This document shows, piece after piece, positions 29,099 through 39,077 of a DNA stretch of 64,000 nucleotides. Made by a program: the position numbers and the translations under genes. Where the stretch lies: assembly GCA_036651815.1 (NCBI GenBank), contig JAVVXB010000001.1, positions 62,640 through 126,639 of the forward strand. The letters are read 5' to 3'. Below the pieces are notes generated by a model. That model searched no databases and was not told the DNA's origin. It saw only the letters and a list, made by a program, of their open reading frames with translations. Numbering within the stretch: the stretch's first letter is position 1; each line of letters begins with the position of its first letter. Source of the stretch: Clostridia bacterium (GTDB lineage Bacteria; Bacillota; Clostridia; Christensenellales; CAG-138).

Positions 29099-30395
29099 CC
29101 CGCGTGTGACAGTTGTCGGCGCTGGCCTTGCAGGCTGTGAAGCTGCCTATCAACTCAGCCGACGTGGTCATCCAGTCGATCTATTGGAAATGAAACCCAA
29201 GAAAAAATCTCCTGCACATCACAGCGATGCGCTCTGCGAATTGGTGTGCAGCAATTCTTTGCGCTCTGATCGGGTGGAGAACGCGGTGGGGCTGCTCAAG
29301 GCCGAGCTGCGGGAGCTGGATTCGCTGGTGCTGAACTGCGCAGACGCAACGCGCGTGCCAGCGGGTGGCGCACTGGCGGTGGATCGCGTTGGTTTTTCCG
29401 ATCGAGTGACAGAGATGATCCGATCCGATCCCAATATCACGATTCACAGCGGCGAAGTAACAGCCATTCCGGATGCACCTTGCATCCTCGCCACTGGACC
29501 GCTGACGAGCGATGCGCTGAGCGATGCCATCGGGGTGTTGGTTGGGAAGCAATTGCATTTCTATGATGCGGCGGCTCCGATTGTTACCTACGATTCACTG
29601 GATTGGAACAAAGTGTTTCGTGCCTCGCGTTATGGCAGAGGCGACGACTATCTAAATTGTCCGATGACGCGGGCGGAATATTTTGCTTTTTATCAGGCGC
29701 TGATCACCGCTGAAACCGTTGAACTGCATGACTTTGAGACGCCACGTGTATTTGAAGGTTGCATGCCTGTGGAGACCATGGCAAAGCGCGGAGAATTGAC
29801 GCTCTGTTATGGACCGCTCAAACCCGTTGGATTGGAACAGGAGTTGGCTGGTAAACAGCCCCCATTTGCAGTGGTGCAGTTGCGTCAGGATAGTGCGGAC
29901 GGGATGCTTTGGAACTTGGTTGGCTTCCAGACCAATCTGAAATTTGCGGAACAGAGGCGTGTTTTCGGCATGATTCCTGGGTTGGAACACGCAGAGTTTG
30001 CCCGGTATGGCGTCATGCACCGCAACACGTTTTTGCCTTCGCCCGGCTTGCTGTCGTGGGACTATCAAATGAAGGCGAAACCCGGCATATTTTTTGCAGG
30101 CCAGATCACGGGTGTGGAGGGTTATGTGGAATCCGCATCCAGTGGATACGCTGCGGCTGTGCAGCTTTCCCGATATATTCAGGGGAAACCGCCGCTGGAT
30201 TTTACCGTGCAGACGGCCATCGGTGCATTGTCACACTATGTTGCTGAATACAATGGCGATGATTTCCAACCGATGAATGTGACATTCGGAATTATGGATT
30301 CTTATCCGGAACGGATTCGCAATAAACAGGTGCGCTATGCAAAAATAGCGGAACGATCTCTCAAAATCGTGAAAGAATTGAAAACGAATGCATAA
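29082..30395 (+). CDS. trmFO: Methylenetetrahydrofolate--tRNA-(uracil54-C5)-methyltransferase TrmFO
   Basis: The internal ATG gives MNQNHNPRVTVVGAGLAGCEAAYQLS (FAD-binding motif) and LCELVCSNSLRS. It overlaps the topA 3' end by 17 nt. Confidence 0.95.
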   Translation: MNQNHNPRVTVVGAGLAGCEAAYQLSRRGHPVDLLEMKPKKKSPAHHSDALCELVCSNSLRSDRVENAVGLLKAELRELDSLVLNCADATRVPAGGALAVDRVGFSDRVTEMIRSDPNITIHSGEVTAIPDAPCILATGPLTSDALSDAIGVLVGKQLHFYDAAAPIVTYDSLDWNKVFRASRYGRGDDYLNCPMTRAEYFAFYQALITAETVELHDFETPRVFEGCMPVETMAKRGELTLCYGPLKPVGLEQELAGKQPPFAVVQLRQDSADGMLWNLVGFQTNLKFAEQRRVFGMIPGLEHAEFARYGVMHRNTFLPSPGLLSWDYQMKAKPGIFFAGQITGVEGYVESASSGYAAAVQLSRYIQGKPPLDFTVQTAIGALSHYVAEYNGDDFQPMNVTFGIMDSYPERIRNKQVRYAKIAERSLKIVKELKTNA

Positions 30396-30396
30396 A

Positions 30397-30419
30397 ACGG
30401 ACGCATCGCGTCCGTTTTT
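30397..30419 (+). terminator. Rho-independent terminator after trmFO
   Basis: ACGGACGC-atc-GCGTCCGT followed by TTTT. Confidence 0.8.
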
Positions 30420-30494
30420 ATGATAGTATTTGCACAAGGCAGTTGTGGATGAGCATCATCACGGCTACTAGAGAAAGATGAGGAATCAAAAGCT

Positions 30495-31028
30495 ATGGAT
30501 TTGAAGGGTACGACGATTCTCGCCGTCAAGAAAGATGGCCGGTGCGCTATCGCCGGCGATGGTCAGGTGACCATGGGTGAAACGAGTATCATGAAGGCGA
30601 CCGCCAAGAAAGTGCGCCGCTTATATCATGATCAGGTTGTAGTGGGCTTTGCTGGTTCGGTTGCGGATGCGTTCTCCCTGTGCGAACGTTTTGAACGTAA
30701 GCTGGAGCAGTATAGCGGCAGCCTTATGCGCTCGGCGGTTTCACTTGCTCAAGAATGGCGCAGCGATAAGGTGATGCGTCAACTAGAGGCGCTGCTGATC
30801 GTAGCCAACAAGGAAGAGCTTTTGATTATTTCCGGTACGGGCGAGGTTATTGACCCGGACGATGACATTGCAGCCATTGGCTCCGGCGGGTTGTACGCGC
30901 TTGCGTCGGCAAAAGCACTCAAAGCCAACACCGATCTGACAGCGCGGGAGATTGCAGAAAAATCACTCAAGATTGCCAGCGAAATCTGTATCTTTACAAA
31001 CGGAAACATCATTGTCGAGGAGGTCTAA
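30495..31028 (+). CDS. hslV: ATP-dependent protease subunit HslV (ClpQ)
   Basis: [11 protein letters not shown]...GDGQVT...[10 protein letters not shown]...GSGG. An N-terminal-nucleophile protease of the HslV type. Confidence 0.95.
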   Translation: MDLKGTTILAVKKDGRCAIAGDGQVTMGETSIMKATAKKVRRLYHDQVVVGFAGSVADAFSLCERFERKLEQYSGSLMRSAVSLAQEWRSDKVMRQLEALLIVANKEELLIISGTGEVIDPDDDIAAIGSGGLYALASAKALKANTDLTAREIAEKSLKIASEICIFTNGNIIVEEV

Positions 31029-31033
31029 ATAGA

Positions 31034-32419
31034 ATGCAAACACCGCGTGAAATAGTTGACGCACTCGATAAATATATCATTGGTCAGGATCGTGCCAAGC
31101 GCGCTGTTGCGGTTGCCCTGAGAAATCGCTATCGCAGAAGCATGTTGCCGGAAGAGCTGCGTGAAGAGATTACGCCGAAGAATATCATTATGATGGGGCC
31201 AACCGGCGTAGGAAAAACGGAGATTGCACGCCGACTTGCAAAGCTTGTTGACGCTCCGTTTGTCAAGGTGGAAGCCACGAAATATACGGAGGTCGGCTAC
31301 GTGGGGCGCGACGTGGAAAGCATGATCCGCGATCTTGTGGAAGCCGCTATCCGTATCTGCAAGAACCGCCGCATGGAGGATATTCATATGGTAGCCGATG
31401 CTGCGGCGGAACAGGTGCTTGTCGATTTACTGGTTCCAATGAAACGCAAAGATCGGCAGCCCGTCATGAATCCATTGCAGATGCTGCTTGGCTCGGGCAA
31501 CGATGAAGCTCAACCAGAGATGAGCGAGGAAGATCAAAAGAAATATATGTCGGAGTGTGCCCGCGTACTCGCAGAGCTGCGCGCTGGGATGTTGGAAGAT
31601 GTCTTGGTCGAGGTCGAGGTTGAGGAAAAATCCGGCGGCAATGACGCCATGGTCGCCGCTGGGATCGACATCAACCTTGGCGAGATGTTTGGCGGGTTAA
31701 TCCCGAAAAAAACGAAAAAACGCAAACTGCCCGTCAAGGAAGCACGCCGAGTGATCATTCAACAGGAGTCTGAAAAACGGATCGACATGGATGATGTGAA
31801 CCGCGAGGCTGTGGAACGGGCAGAACAGGATGGCATCGTCTTTATCGATGAGATTGATAAAATTGCCGGCGGCAGTCAGGCTGGCGGCGGGCCGGATGTG
31901 AGCCGTGAAGGCGTGCAGCGGGACATTTTACCCATCGTGGAAGGATCGGTGGTCAACACCAAATATGGGCCGGTCAAAACAGACTATATGCTGTTCATTG
32001 CAGCAGGGGCGTTCCATACAGCAAAGGTTTCCGATTTGATACCGGAGTTGCAGGGGCGTTTTCCGATCCGCGTGAAGCTGGATGATCTAACACAAGAGGA
32101 TTTTGAGAAGATCTTGACGCAGCCGCAAAACGCCGTGACCAAGCAATACACGGCGCTTCTGTCCTCCGATAAGGTGAAGCTGTCGTTTACAGCCGACGCA
32201 CTTGGCGAGATTGCGAGGTTTGCATTCCTAGCCAACGAGAACACGGAAAATATCGGCGCTCGGCGTTTGCATACGGTCATGGAGAACCTATTGGATGATA
32301 TTTCGTTTAACGCAAACGGAGAACATCCTGAGATTGATTTGGTGATTGACGCAAGATATGTCGATGAACACTTAAAGGATGAATTTCGCGAGGAGGATAT
32401 ACATAAGTATATCTTATAA
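31034..32419 (+). CDS. hslU: ATP-dependent protease ATPase subunit HslU (ClpY)
   Basis: TPREIVDALDKYIIGQDRAKRAVAVALRNR, Walker A GPTGVGKTEIARRLA, and IVFIDEIDKI. Confidence 0.95.
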   Translation: MQTPREIVDALDKYIIGQDRAKRAVAVALRNRYRRSMLPEELREEITPKNIIMMGPTGVGKTEIARRLAKLVDAPFVKVEATKYTEVGYVGRDVESMIRDLVEAAIRICKNRRMEDIHMVADAAAEQVLVDLLVPMKRKDRQPVMNPLQMLLGSGNDEAQPEMSEEDQKKYMSECARVLAELRAGMLEDVLVEVEVEEKSGGNDAMVAAGIDINLGEMFGGLIPKKTKKRKLPVKEARRVIIQQESEKRIDMDDVNREAVERAEQDGIVFIDEIDKIAGGSQAGGGPDVSREGVQRDILPIVEGSVVNTKYGPVKTDYMLFIAAGAFHTAKVSDLIPELQGRFPIRVKLDDLTQEDFEKILTQPQNAVTKQYTALLSSDKVKLSFTADALGEIARFAFLANENTENIGARRLHTVMENLLDDISFNANGEHPEIDLVIDARYVDEHLKDEFREEDIHKYIL

Positions 32420-32445
32420 CGGACAAGTTGGAGTGGATACGGAAT

Positions 32446-33327
32446 ATGCAAAAACGATTGCTTTATAGTCTAATCACGCTGTGCATCTGCGCATTGCTGG
32501 GTGGGTGTGATACGTACATGACTGCCAAGACTGTGGTCTTGGAGCTTGCCACGCCTTCACCTTCCCCGGTGACGATTGAACTGATCGCTTTTGCGGAACC
32601 GGAACTGCCGGATCCGCTGCCACTGCCAACGCCAGAGCCGACACCGCAACCAACACAGGCACCGACTGCCGAGCCTATGCCGGAAACAACGGATACGCCG
32701 GAGCCGACGGCCGTATCCAAAAAGACCACGACACCGAAAAAGACTCCAAAACCAAAGCCGGCAAAAACTGCAACACCAAAACCAAGTGTAACGGAGGCAC
32801 CGACGGCAGCGCCCAAACCAACAGCAGCACCTACCCAAGAGCCTACGCCAAACCCGACTGGCAATCCAATGCCAGATCCGGTGATTACGGCCGTGCCCAC
32901 ATTGGAACCGACGGCAGCACCCACACCACCGCCAATGAATATTCCGCCGGACATCAATGTATCTGGCAGTTATAATGCGGAAGATATCGCGTTGGCTGCG
33001 CGCGTGGCGTATTTTGAGGCTGGGAAGACAGAAGAGGGATACCGCGCGGTGCTGTGTGTGATTATCAATCGTGTAGATTCCGGAAAATGGCCCGATTCCG
33101 TCCATGATGTGTGTTATCAGAAAAATCAGTTTACAGTGGTCAAGGGCTCAAACTTTTTGACCAAAACCATTCCAGATGAAGTATACGTCTATGCAAATGA
33201 CGTACTCAATAACGGCAACCGAATGTTGCCAAGCGACGTGATGTCTTTCCGCGCGGGTAAGGACGACAAAACCTGGGGTAGTCGGACTTATTACGGAACC
33301 TATGGGGGGAATGACTTCTACTCATAA
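32446..33327 (+). CDS. Lipoprotein with Pro/Thr-rich linker and SleB/CwlJ-type cell-wall hydrolase (Hydrolase_2) domain
   Basis: Lipobox LLGGC after a hydrophobic leader. A linker of about 120 aa rich in P/T/E/K. The C-terminus AARVAYFEAGKTEEGYRAVLCVIINRV...VCYQKNQFTVV matches the SleB-type domain. TTG 32428 is an alternative start. Confidence 0.75.
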   Translation: MQKRLLYSLITLCICALLGGCDTYMTAKTVVLELATPSPSPVTIELIAFAEPELPDPLPLPTPEPTPQPTQAPTAEPMPETTDTPEPTAVSKKTTTPKKTPKPKPAKTATPKPSVTEAPTAAPKPTAAPTQEPTPNPTGNPMPDPVITAVPTLEPTAAPTPPPMNIPPDINVSGSYNAEDIALAARVAYFEAGKTEEGYRAVLCVIINRVDSGKWPDSVHDVCYQKNQFTVVKGSNFLTKTIPDEVYVYANDVLNNGNRMLPSDVMSFRAGKDDKTWGSRTYYGTYGGNDFYS

Positions 33328-33368
33328 TATAAGAAATGTAAAATAAGAGGACGGAAACAAAACAAATT

Positions 33369-35015
33369 ATGGCAAACAAACTCAAGATTATTCCGCTTGG
33401 CGGCGTCGGCGAGATCGGTAAAAATATGACCGTACTCGAATACGGCAATGACATTGTCGTGGTTGATTGCGGCATCATTTTTCCGGATGAAGATATGCCC
33501 GGCATCGATGTTGTAATCCCGGACATGTCGTATCTCATTGAAAACCGACAGAAGCTGCGCGGCTTTCTAATCACCCATGGTCATGAGGATCATATTGGCG
33601 CACTGCCTTATGCACTGCGCGAATTTCATGCGCCAGTATACGGAACGGCCTTTACCATTGCGCTTATTGAACACAAGCTGGATGAGGCACACGTCAACGA
33701 CCGGCTGTTGAATGTGGTGAATCCTGGCGACAAGATCGAACTGGGCTGCTTTAAGGTTGAGTTTATCAAAACGGGACATTCCATCGCCGGTGCGCTGGCG
33801 TTGGCAATCATATCTCCGATTGGGACGGTCATACATACGGGTGACTTTAAGGTGGATTTTACGCCTGTTGACGGCGAGCCGATCGATATCAATCGATTTG
33901 CCTATCATGGTTCGCGTGGTGTGCTTGCCCTCCTGAGCGATAGCACAAACATTGAGCGGCAAGGACATACCCAGAGTGAGCAGGAGATTGGACATACATT
34001 TGAGCATGTGTTCGCAGAGGCAAAGGGCCGGATGATCGTCGCTTCCTTCGCGTCCAATGTATACCGCATTCAACAGGTTGCCGATGTGGCGATTGCACAT
34101 GGGCGAGTACTGTGCTTTCAAGGACGCAGTATGGAGCAGGTTGTACAGATTGCCATGAAATTAGGCTATCTTAAAATCGCGGCGGATTGCGTGGTGAAGG
34201 TGGATCAACTTAAGCGCTATCGTGATGACCAGGTGTGCGTCATTACAACCGGCAGTCAGGGCGAACCCATGAGCGGGCTGTTTCGGATGGCGACGGCCAC
34301 CCACAGATTGAATATCGGCAAGGGCGATACGGTGATTATTTCTGCTTCAGCCATTCCCGGCAACGAGCGCAGCATTTCCCGTGTCATCAACCACTTGTTT
34401 GAAAAAGGTGCCATGGTGGTCTATGACCAGATGGCGGACGTACACGTTTCCGGCCATGCCTGCCGCGAGGAGCTGCGGCTTATGCTGCAACTGACCAAAC
34501 CCAAGTTTTTTATTCCTGTGCATGGCGAGTACCGGCACCTGTTTATGCACGGACAGCTTGCAGAAGAGATGGGCGTAAATCCGGAAAATATATTTGTGCC
34601 GGACTGCGGTGGCGTGATTGAACTGACGGTTAGACGCGGCAAAAAAGAAGCCTATGTGGCCGCAGGCAGCGTGATGGTAGACGGTATCGGGGGAATCGAC
34701 GACATGGTGCTCAAGGATCGCAAGCTGCTCAGCCAGGAGGGCCTTGTTGTGGCGGTGGTGACCATTGATGTGGAGACGGGGCGGTTGCTTGCCACGCCGG
34801 AGATCATTTCCCGTGGATTTATCTATCAACGAGAGTCGGAGGACGTGATCGGCGAGTCGGTGACACTCTTGACCAATGAGGCCGCTAAGTTTGAAACGGT
34901 CGATAAATCTGAGTATGCAAACGTGAAGAACAACATCCGCACGGCTCTCAAAAATTTCTTGCGCAATAAGACGAAGCGCACGCCCATAATTCTGCCGATT
35001 ATCGTTGAGATTTAG
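33369..35015 (+). CDS. rnj: Ribonuclease J
   Basis: KIIPLGGVGEIGKNM, the HGHEDHIGALPY metallo-beta-lactamase motif, and beta-CASP plus C-terminal domains. 548 aa. Confidence 0.95.
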   Translation: MANKLKIIPLGGVGEIGKNMTVLEYGNDIVVVDCGIIFPDEDMPGIDVVIPDMSYLIENRQKLRGFLITHGHEDHIGALPYALREFHAPVYGTAFTIALIEHKLDEAHVNDRLLNVVNPGDKIELGCFKVEFIKTGHSIAGALALAIISPIGTVIHTGDFKVDFTPVDGEPIDINRFAYHGSRGVLALLSDSTNIERQGHTQSEQEIGHTFEHVFAEAKGRMIVASFASNVYRIQQVADVAIAHGRVLCFQGRSMEQVVQIAMKLGYLKIAADCVVKVDQLKRYRDDQVCVITTGSQGEPMSGLFRMATATHRLNIGKGDTVIISASAIPGNERSISRVINHLFEKGAMVVYDQMADVHVSGHACREELRLMLQLTKPKFFIPVHGEYRHLFMHGQLAEEMGVNPENIFVPDCGGVIELTVRRGKKEAYVAAGSVMVDGIGGIDDMVLKDRKLLSQEGLVVAVVTIDVETGRLLATPEIISRGFIYQRESEDVIGESVTLLTNEAAKFETVDKSEYANVKNNIRTALKNFLRNKTKRTPIILPIIVEI

Positions 35016-35078
35016 CGTAGTCGATTCGATGTTGATAAGAAACCAACCCAAGTGAACAGAGAAGGAATACAAATAATC

Positions 35079-35420
35079 ATGACTTACGATACAGCAAAAA
35101 TGCTGGCTAAAGAGCTTAGAGAAAGCGAAGAATACAAGGCCTACTGTGTGGTGAAGGAGCGTGCCCTAGAAAACGAAACCACAAGGGCGCTCATCGACGA
35201 ATACCATCGTCTGCAAATTCAAGCGCAGGCAGCCACGGTGACCGGCGGAACAAATGATGAAATGTTGGCCAAACTCCAAAAAATTGGAGAAGTGCTACAA
35301 TTTGACGCCAATGCCTCTGCGTTTCTTATGGCGGAATTTCGACTTAACCGTGTGTTGGGCGACGTTTATAAGATCCTTGCTGAGGCGATTGATATTGATC
35401 TTAGCTCACTGGAGGCTTGA
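35079..35420 (+). CDS. YlbF/YmcA family regulatory protein
   Basis: 113-aa helical protein (AKELRESEEYKAYCVVKERALENETTRALIDEYHRLQ), typical of the YlbF/YmcA family. ATG 35079 follows SD GAAGGAA. Confidence 0.7.
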   Translation: MTYDTAKMLAKELRESEEYKAYCVVKERALENETTRALIDEYHRLQIQAQAATVTGGTNDEMLAKLQKIGEVLQFDANASAFLMAEFRLNRVLGDVYKILAEAIDIDLSSLEA

Positions 35421-35461
35421 TTTTGCCGCGGCTTGACAAGGCCGATTGAATCACTATACTG

Positions 35462-36625
35462 ATGCGTATGGAATCATTTTTCGCGAACAAACCGAAGCTG
35501 AACAAGCGCAAGCTGCGTCGTATCTGGAAACAGGTTCGACCGGCGGCTGTGCTTGTGCTGAGCGTTGTGATCGTGTATTTTGTCGCACAGTTTGCAGTCA
35601 ATTATGTGGTGGATAATTTCATAAAACCAGTGGATACCGGCGATGCAACGCCCATCGAGGTAACGGTTCCTGCGTCTGCCTCGGCAAGTTCCATTGCGCG
35701 TATTCTGTACGGTGCATGCGGATATGATCAGGATGGACTCATCAGCAACACTGCAGCGTTCAAGGTGTACGTGGATTTTGTGGGGAAAGCCAACACCATG
35801 AAGGCGGGAACCTATGTGCTGAGCAAAAATATGTCCATTAAACAGATTGTGGATGTGATCTGCGAAGGCAATCCGCCCAAGGCAACGGTTAAATTTACGA
35901 TTCCTGAAGGGTATACCGTACGCGATATGATTGCCGTACTTCGGGAGAAAAAGCTGCTTATCGAAGATAACGAACTACTCGGCGCTTGCAAGACGGGGCG
36001 GAACTTTACAAGCTTTGCGTTCGTATCGGACGTTGTGAACAACGCGTATTTTAGCCAGCGTGACTATGCGCTGGAAGGGTACCTGTTCCCGGATACGTAT
36101 GAGGTCTATGCCGACGCCAGCGTGGATACGATTCTGACAAAGATGCTCAACCGTTTCAACGAGATCTATACGGAGGCATATGCCACCCGTGCGCGTGAAC
36201 TTGGCATGACCACGGACGAGGTCGTTGCCCTTGCGTCGCTCATTGAGCGAGAAGCGCAGGTTAATACCGATTTTGCGAAGGTTTCTGCGGTGTTCCATAA
36301 TCGTCTCAGAGAAGGCATGCCGCTGCAGTCGTGTGCGAGTCTGTCGTATGTGCTGGATCAGAATAAATACACCTTTACCGAGTCGGAGCTTGCCACCGAT
36401 TCTCCCTATAATACCTATAAAAACAAGGGGTTGCCGATTGGGCCGGTGTGTAATCCCGGCAAGGCGTCTATCGAAGCTGCACTCTATCCAAACGAAGAAT
36501 TTTTATCGGATGGATATCTGTTCTTCTGCAACGGCAATCTGACCGAAAGTAGCGAACTGATCTTCAGCAAGACTTATGAGGAGCATCAGGAGAACGTGAA
36601 GAAATATCAGCAGTATTGGAACTGA
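35462..36625 (+). CDS. mltG: Endolytic murein transglycosylase MltG (YceG-like)
   Basis: N-terminal TM anchor, a LysM-like region and the catalytic region EGYLFPDTYEV...ASLIEREA...SPYNTYKNKGLPIGPVCNPG. Confidence 0.9.
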   Translation: MRMESFFANKPKLNKRKLRRIWKQVRPAAVLVLSVVIVYFVAQFAVNYVVDNFIKPVDTGDATPIEVTVPASASASSIARILYGACGYDQDGLISNTAAFKVYVDFVGKANTMKAGTYVLSKNMSIKQIVDVICEGNPPKATVKFTIPEGYTVRDMIAVLREKKLLIEDNELLGACKTGRNFTSFAFVSDVVNNAYFSQRDYALEGYLFPDTYEVYADASVDTILTKMLNRFNEIYTEAYATRARELGMTTDEVVALASLIEREAQVNTDFAKVSAVFHNRLREGMPLQSCASLSYVLDQNKYTFTESELATDSPYNTYKNKGLPIGPVCNPGKASIEAALYPNEEFLSDGYLFFCNGNLTESSELIFSKTYEEHQENVKKYQQYWN

Positions 36626-36778
36626 TTTACAAAGTGACGCTCCCCGATGGGCATGTGTATAGGATCTGCAGATTTTAGCGTTGAGCGCTGTGCGTGATGG
36701 CAGGTAAGACATAGGACAAAATGTAAGCTGCATAGGCTATTTCATCGAATCGTGTCGAACGATGGAAGGAGTGGTCTC

Positions 36779-37468
36779 ATGCAGCTTTTTCAATTCTTCT
36801 CGGACTTGCTTTTTCTTGCTGCCTATGTTGGAACAGCCAATGCGTTCCCGGAGCCGCTAGCCGCGGAGGAAGAACGGGACTGCATTGCCCGCATGCTCCG
36901 GGGAGATATTTCTGCTCGGGAAACGCTTATCGAACATAATCTTCGCCTTGTTGCACATATTGCCAAAAAATACATCCGTGCCGGTCGTGACAGCGACGAT
37001 GTTATCAGCATCGGAACCATCGGCCTAATCAAAGCGGTCTCCACCTACGATCCGGCGAAGGGAGTGGCGCTCTCAAGCTATGCGAGCCGTTGCGTGGAAA
37101 ACGAGATTCTCATGAGCATCCGCGTGGAACGCAAGCAGGTGCCGGAGGTGCCGCTGTATGAACCGATCGGTATGGATGGGGATGGTAATGATATTGCCCT
37201 ATGCGATATTCTGGGTACAGATCCGGATACGGTCATTGATGAAGTTCAGCGTAGGCTGGATGTGCAGCTGATCCATCGGATCATGAATCATTCATTGACC
37301 TCGCGAGAACGTACGGTCATTGAGATGCGTTTTGGACTGTTTGGCGGATTTCGCATGACGCAAAGGGAGGTTGCCAGAACCTTGGGCATTTCGCGCTCGT
37401 ATATCTCGCGCATTGAAAAGAAAGCCCTGATGAAACTGACGACTGCGCTTGCGCAAGCGGAAGGTTGA
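36779..37468 (+). CDS. sigK: Sporulation sigma factor SigK (pro-sigma-K), uninterrupted
   Basis: The pro-sequence and processing region LLFLAAYVGTANAFPEPL parallels B. subtilis pro-sigma-K (SYVKNNAFPQPL). IEHNLRLVAHIAKKY, ISIGTIGLIKAV and RCVENEILM are also present. SD GGAAGGAG. Confidence 0.85.
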   Translation: MQLFQFFSDLLFLAAYVGTANAFPEPLAAEEERDCIARMLRGDISARETLIEHNLRLVAHIAKKYIRAGRDSDDVISIGTIGLIKAVSTYDPAKGVALSSYASRCVENEILMSIRVERKQVPEVPLYEPIGMDGDGNDIALCDILGTDPDTVIDEVQRRLDVQLIHRIMNHSLTSRERTVIEMRFGLFGGFRMTQREVARTLGISRSYISRIEKKALMKLTTALAQAEG

Positions 37469-37485
37469 GTGATATACTCATCTTC

Positions 37486-38970
37486 ATGAAGAAAATGGGT
37501 TTTGATAATGATAAATATGTAGCGTTGCAATCAAAAAATATTCGCGACCGAATTGCTCAGTTTGGGGATAAGCTCTATCTGGAATTTGGTGGTAAGCTGT
37601 TTGACGATTATCACGCCGCGCGCGTTTTGCCCGGATTTCTGCCAGACAGCAAGATCAATATGCTGGTGCAGCTCAAGGATGATGCGGAGATCATCCTTGT
37701 TGTCCATGCAGGCGATCTTGAACGTAACAAAGTCCGCAATGATCTTGACATTGCCTATGATGCGGAAACGCTTCGGTTGATCGATGCATTCCGAACGAAG
37801 GACTTGCTGGTTTCTGGCGTTGTGATTACGCGTTATCACGGCCAGTGTGTTGCGGATGCGTTTGCTTCGCGACTGGTGCGTCTCGGCATTCCCGTATATC
37901 ATCATTATCCAATCAATGGCTATCCGGCCAATGTGCCGCTGATTGTCAGCGATGAGGGATTTGGGAAGAATGATTATATTAAAACCACGCGCAAACTGGT
38001 CGTGGTGACGGCGCCCGGCCCGGGTAGTGGAAAGCTCGCGGTGTGCATGAGCCAACTTTATCACGAGTATCAGCACGGTGTGCGTGCGGGTTACGCGAAA
38101 TTTGAAACCTTTCCAATATGGAATTTGTCGCTCAAGCATCCTGTCAACCTTGCTTACGAAGCTGCAACAACCGATCTGGACGATGTGAATATGATCGACC
38201 CCTTTCACCTGGAAGCATATGGCGTTACTACCGTCAATTATAATCGGGATGTGGAATCGTTCCCCGTACTCAATGCGATGTTTATGCGCATTTTGGGCAA
38301 GTCGCCTTACCAATCCCCAACGGATATGGGCGTCAACATGGCGGGCTACTGCATTGTGGACGAGCAGGCCGTTGACAACGCTGCAAAGCAGGAAATTATC
38401 CGGCGGTATTATCAGGCCATGTGTGCTTGTAAGCGCGGCCTGCTCTCCCGCGATCAGGAAATCAAGGCGGAAATGATCATGAACCGTGCGGACATTTCCT
38501 CTGCGGATAGACCGGTTGTCGCAGCGGCATTGGCTCGTGCAGCGTCCACCGGTGAGCCAGCTATGGCAATTGAACTATCGGATGGACGTATGATTACAGG
38601 TAAAACTTCCGAATTGCTTGGTGCGTCAGCGGGTGCGCTACTCAATGCGCTCAAGACGCTTGCGGGTATCCATCATGAGATTGATCTCATTTCACCCATC
38701 GTTATTCAACCGATCACCGAACTGAAACAAAAGCATCTTGGCTGCGTAAATCCGCGCTTACACAGCGATGAAGTTCTAATTGCCTTATCCATCTGCGCGG
38801 CAACGAATCCGACGGCTGCGTTGGCCATGCGTCAACTGCCGAAACTGGTTGGATGTGAAGCGCATTCGAGTGTCATTCTTTCCCGTGTGGACATGGATAC
38901 CTATCGCAAGCTTGGCATAGATTATACCTGTGAACCGGAATATGAGACGGACAAGCTGTATCATAAATAA
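37486..38970 (+). CDS. DUF1846 (UPF0371) family protein
   Basis: MGFDNDKYVALQSKNIRDRIAQFGDKLYLEFGGKLFDDYHAARVLPGF is the characteristic UPF0371 N-terminus. The start is ambiguous (TTG 37465, ATG 37486 or ATG 37495). Confidence 0.8.
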   Translation: MKKMGFDNDKYVALQSKNIRDRIAQFGDKLYLEFGGKLFDDYHAARVLPGFLPDSKINMLVQLKDDAEIILVVHAGDLERNKVRNDLDIAYDAETLRLIDAFRTKDLLVSGVVITRYHGQCVADAFASRLVRLGIPVYHHYPINGYPANVPLIVSDEGFGKNDYIKTTRKLVVVTAPGPGSGKLAVCMSQLYHEYQHGVRAGYAKFETFPIWNLSLKHPVNLAYEAATTDLDDVNMIDPFHLEAYGVTTVNYNRDVESFPVLNAMFMRILGKSPYQSPTDMGVNMAGYCIVDEQAVDNAAKQEIIRRYYQAMCACKRGLLSRDQEIKAEMIMNRADISSADRPVVAAALARAASTGEPAMAIELSDGRMITGKTSELLGASAGALLNALKTLAGIHHEIDLISPIVIQPITELKQKHLGCVNPRLHSDEVLIALSICAATNPTAALAMRQLPKLVGCEAHSSVILSRVDMDTYRKLGIDYTCEPEYETDKLYHK

Positions 38971-39077
38971 ACCAAGAGGCTGCTCAAACACAAGAAAACA
39001 ACGGAACAGAAAACCCGGTGTATGTTGCATCTTTATAGTCGACAAGCCCCAAATAGTATGGTAGAATACTAACTGCT

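Noticed and set aside
32463-33105. Gly-rich (164 aa) and Arg/Cys/Trp-rich (182 aa) minus-strand ORFs.
   Set aside because: They are mirror images of the Pro/Thr-rich linker repeat in the SleB-like lipoprotein gene. The low complexity keeps several frames open by chance.
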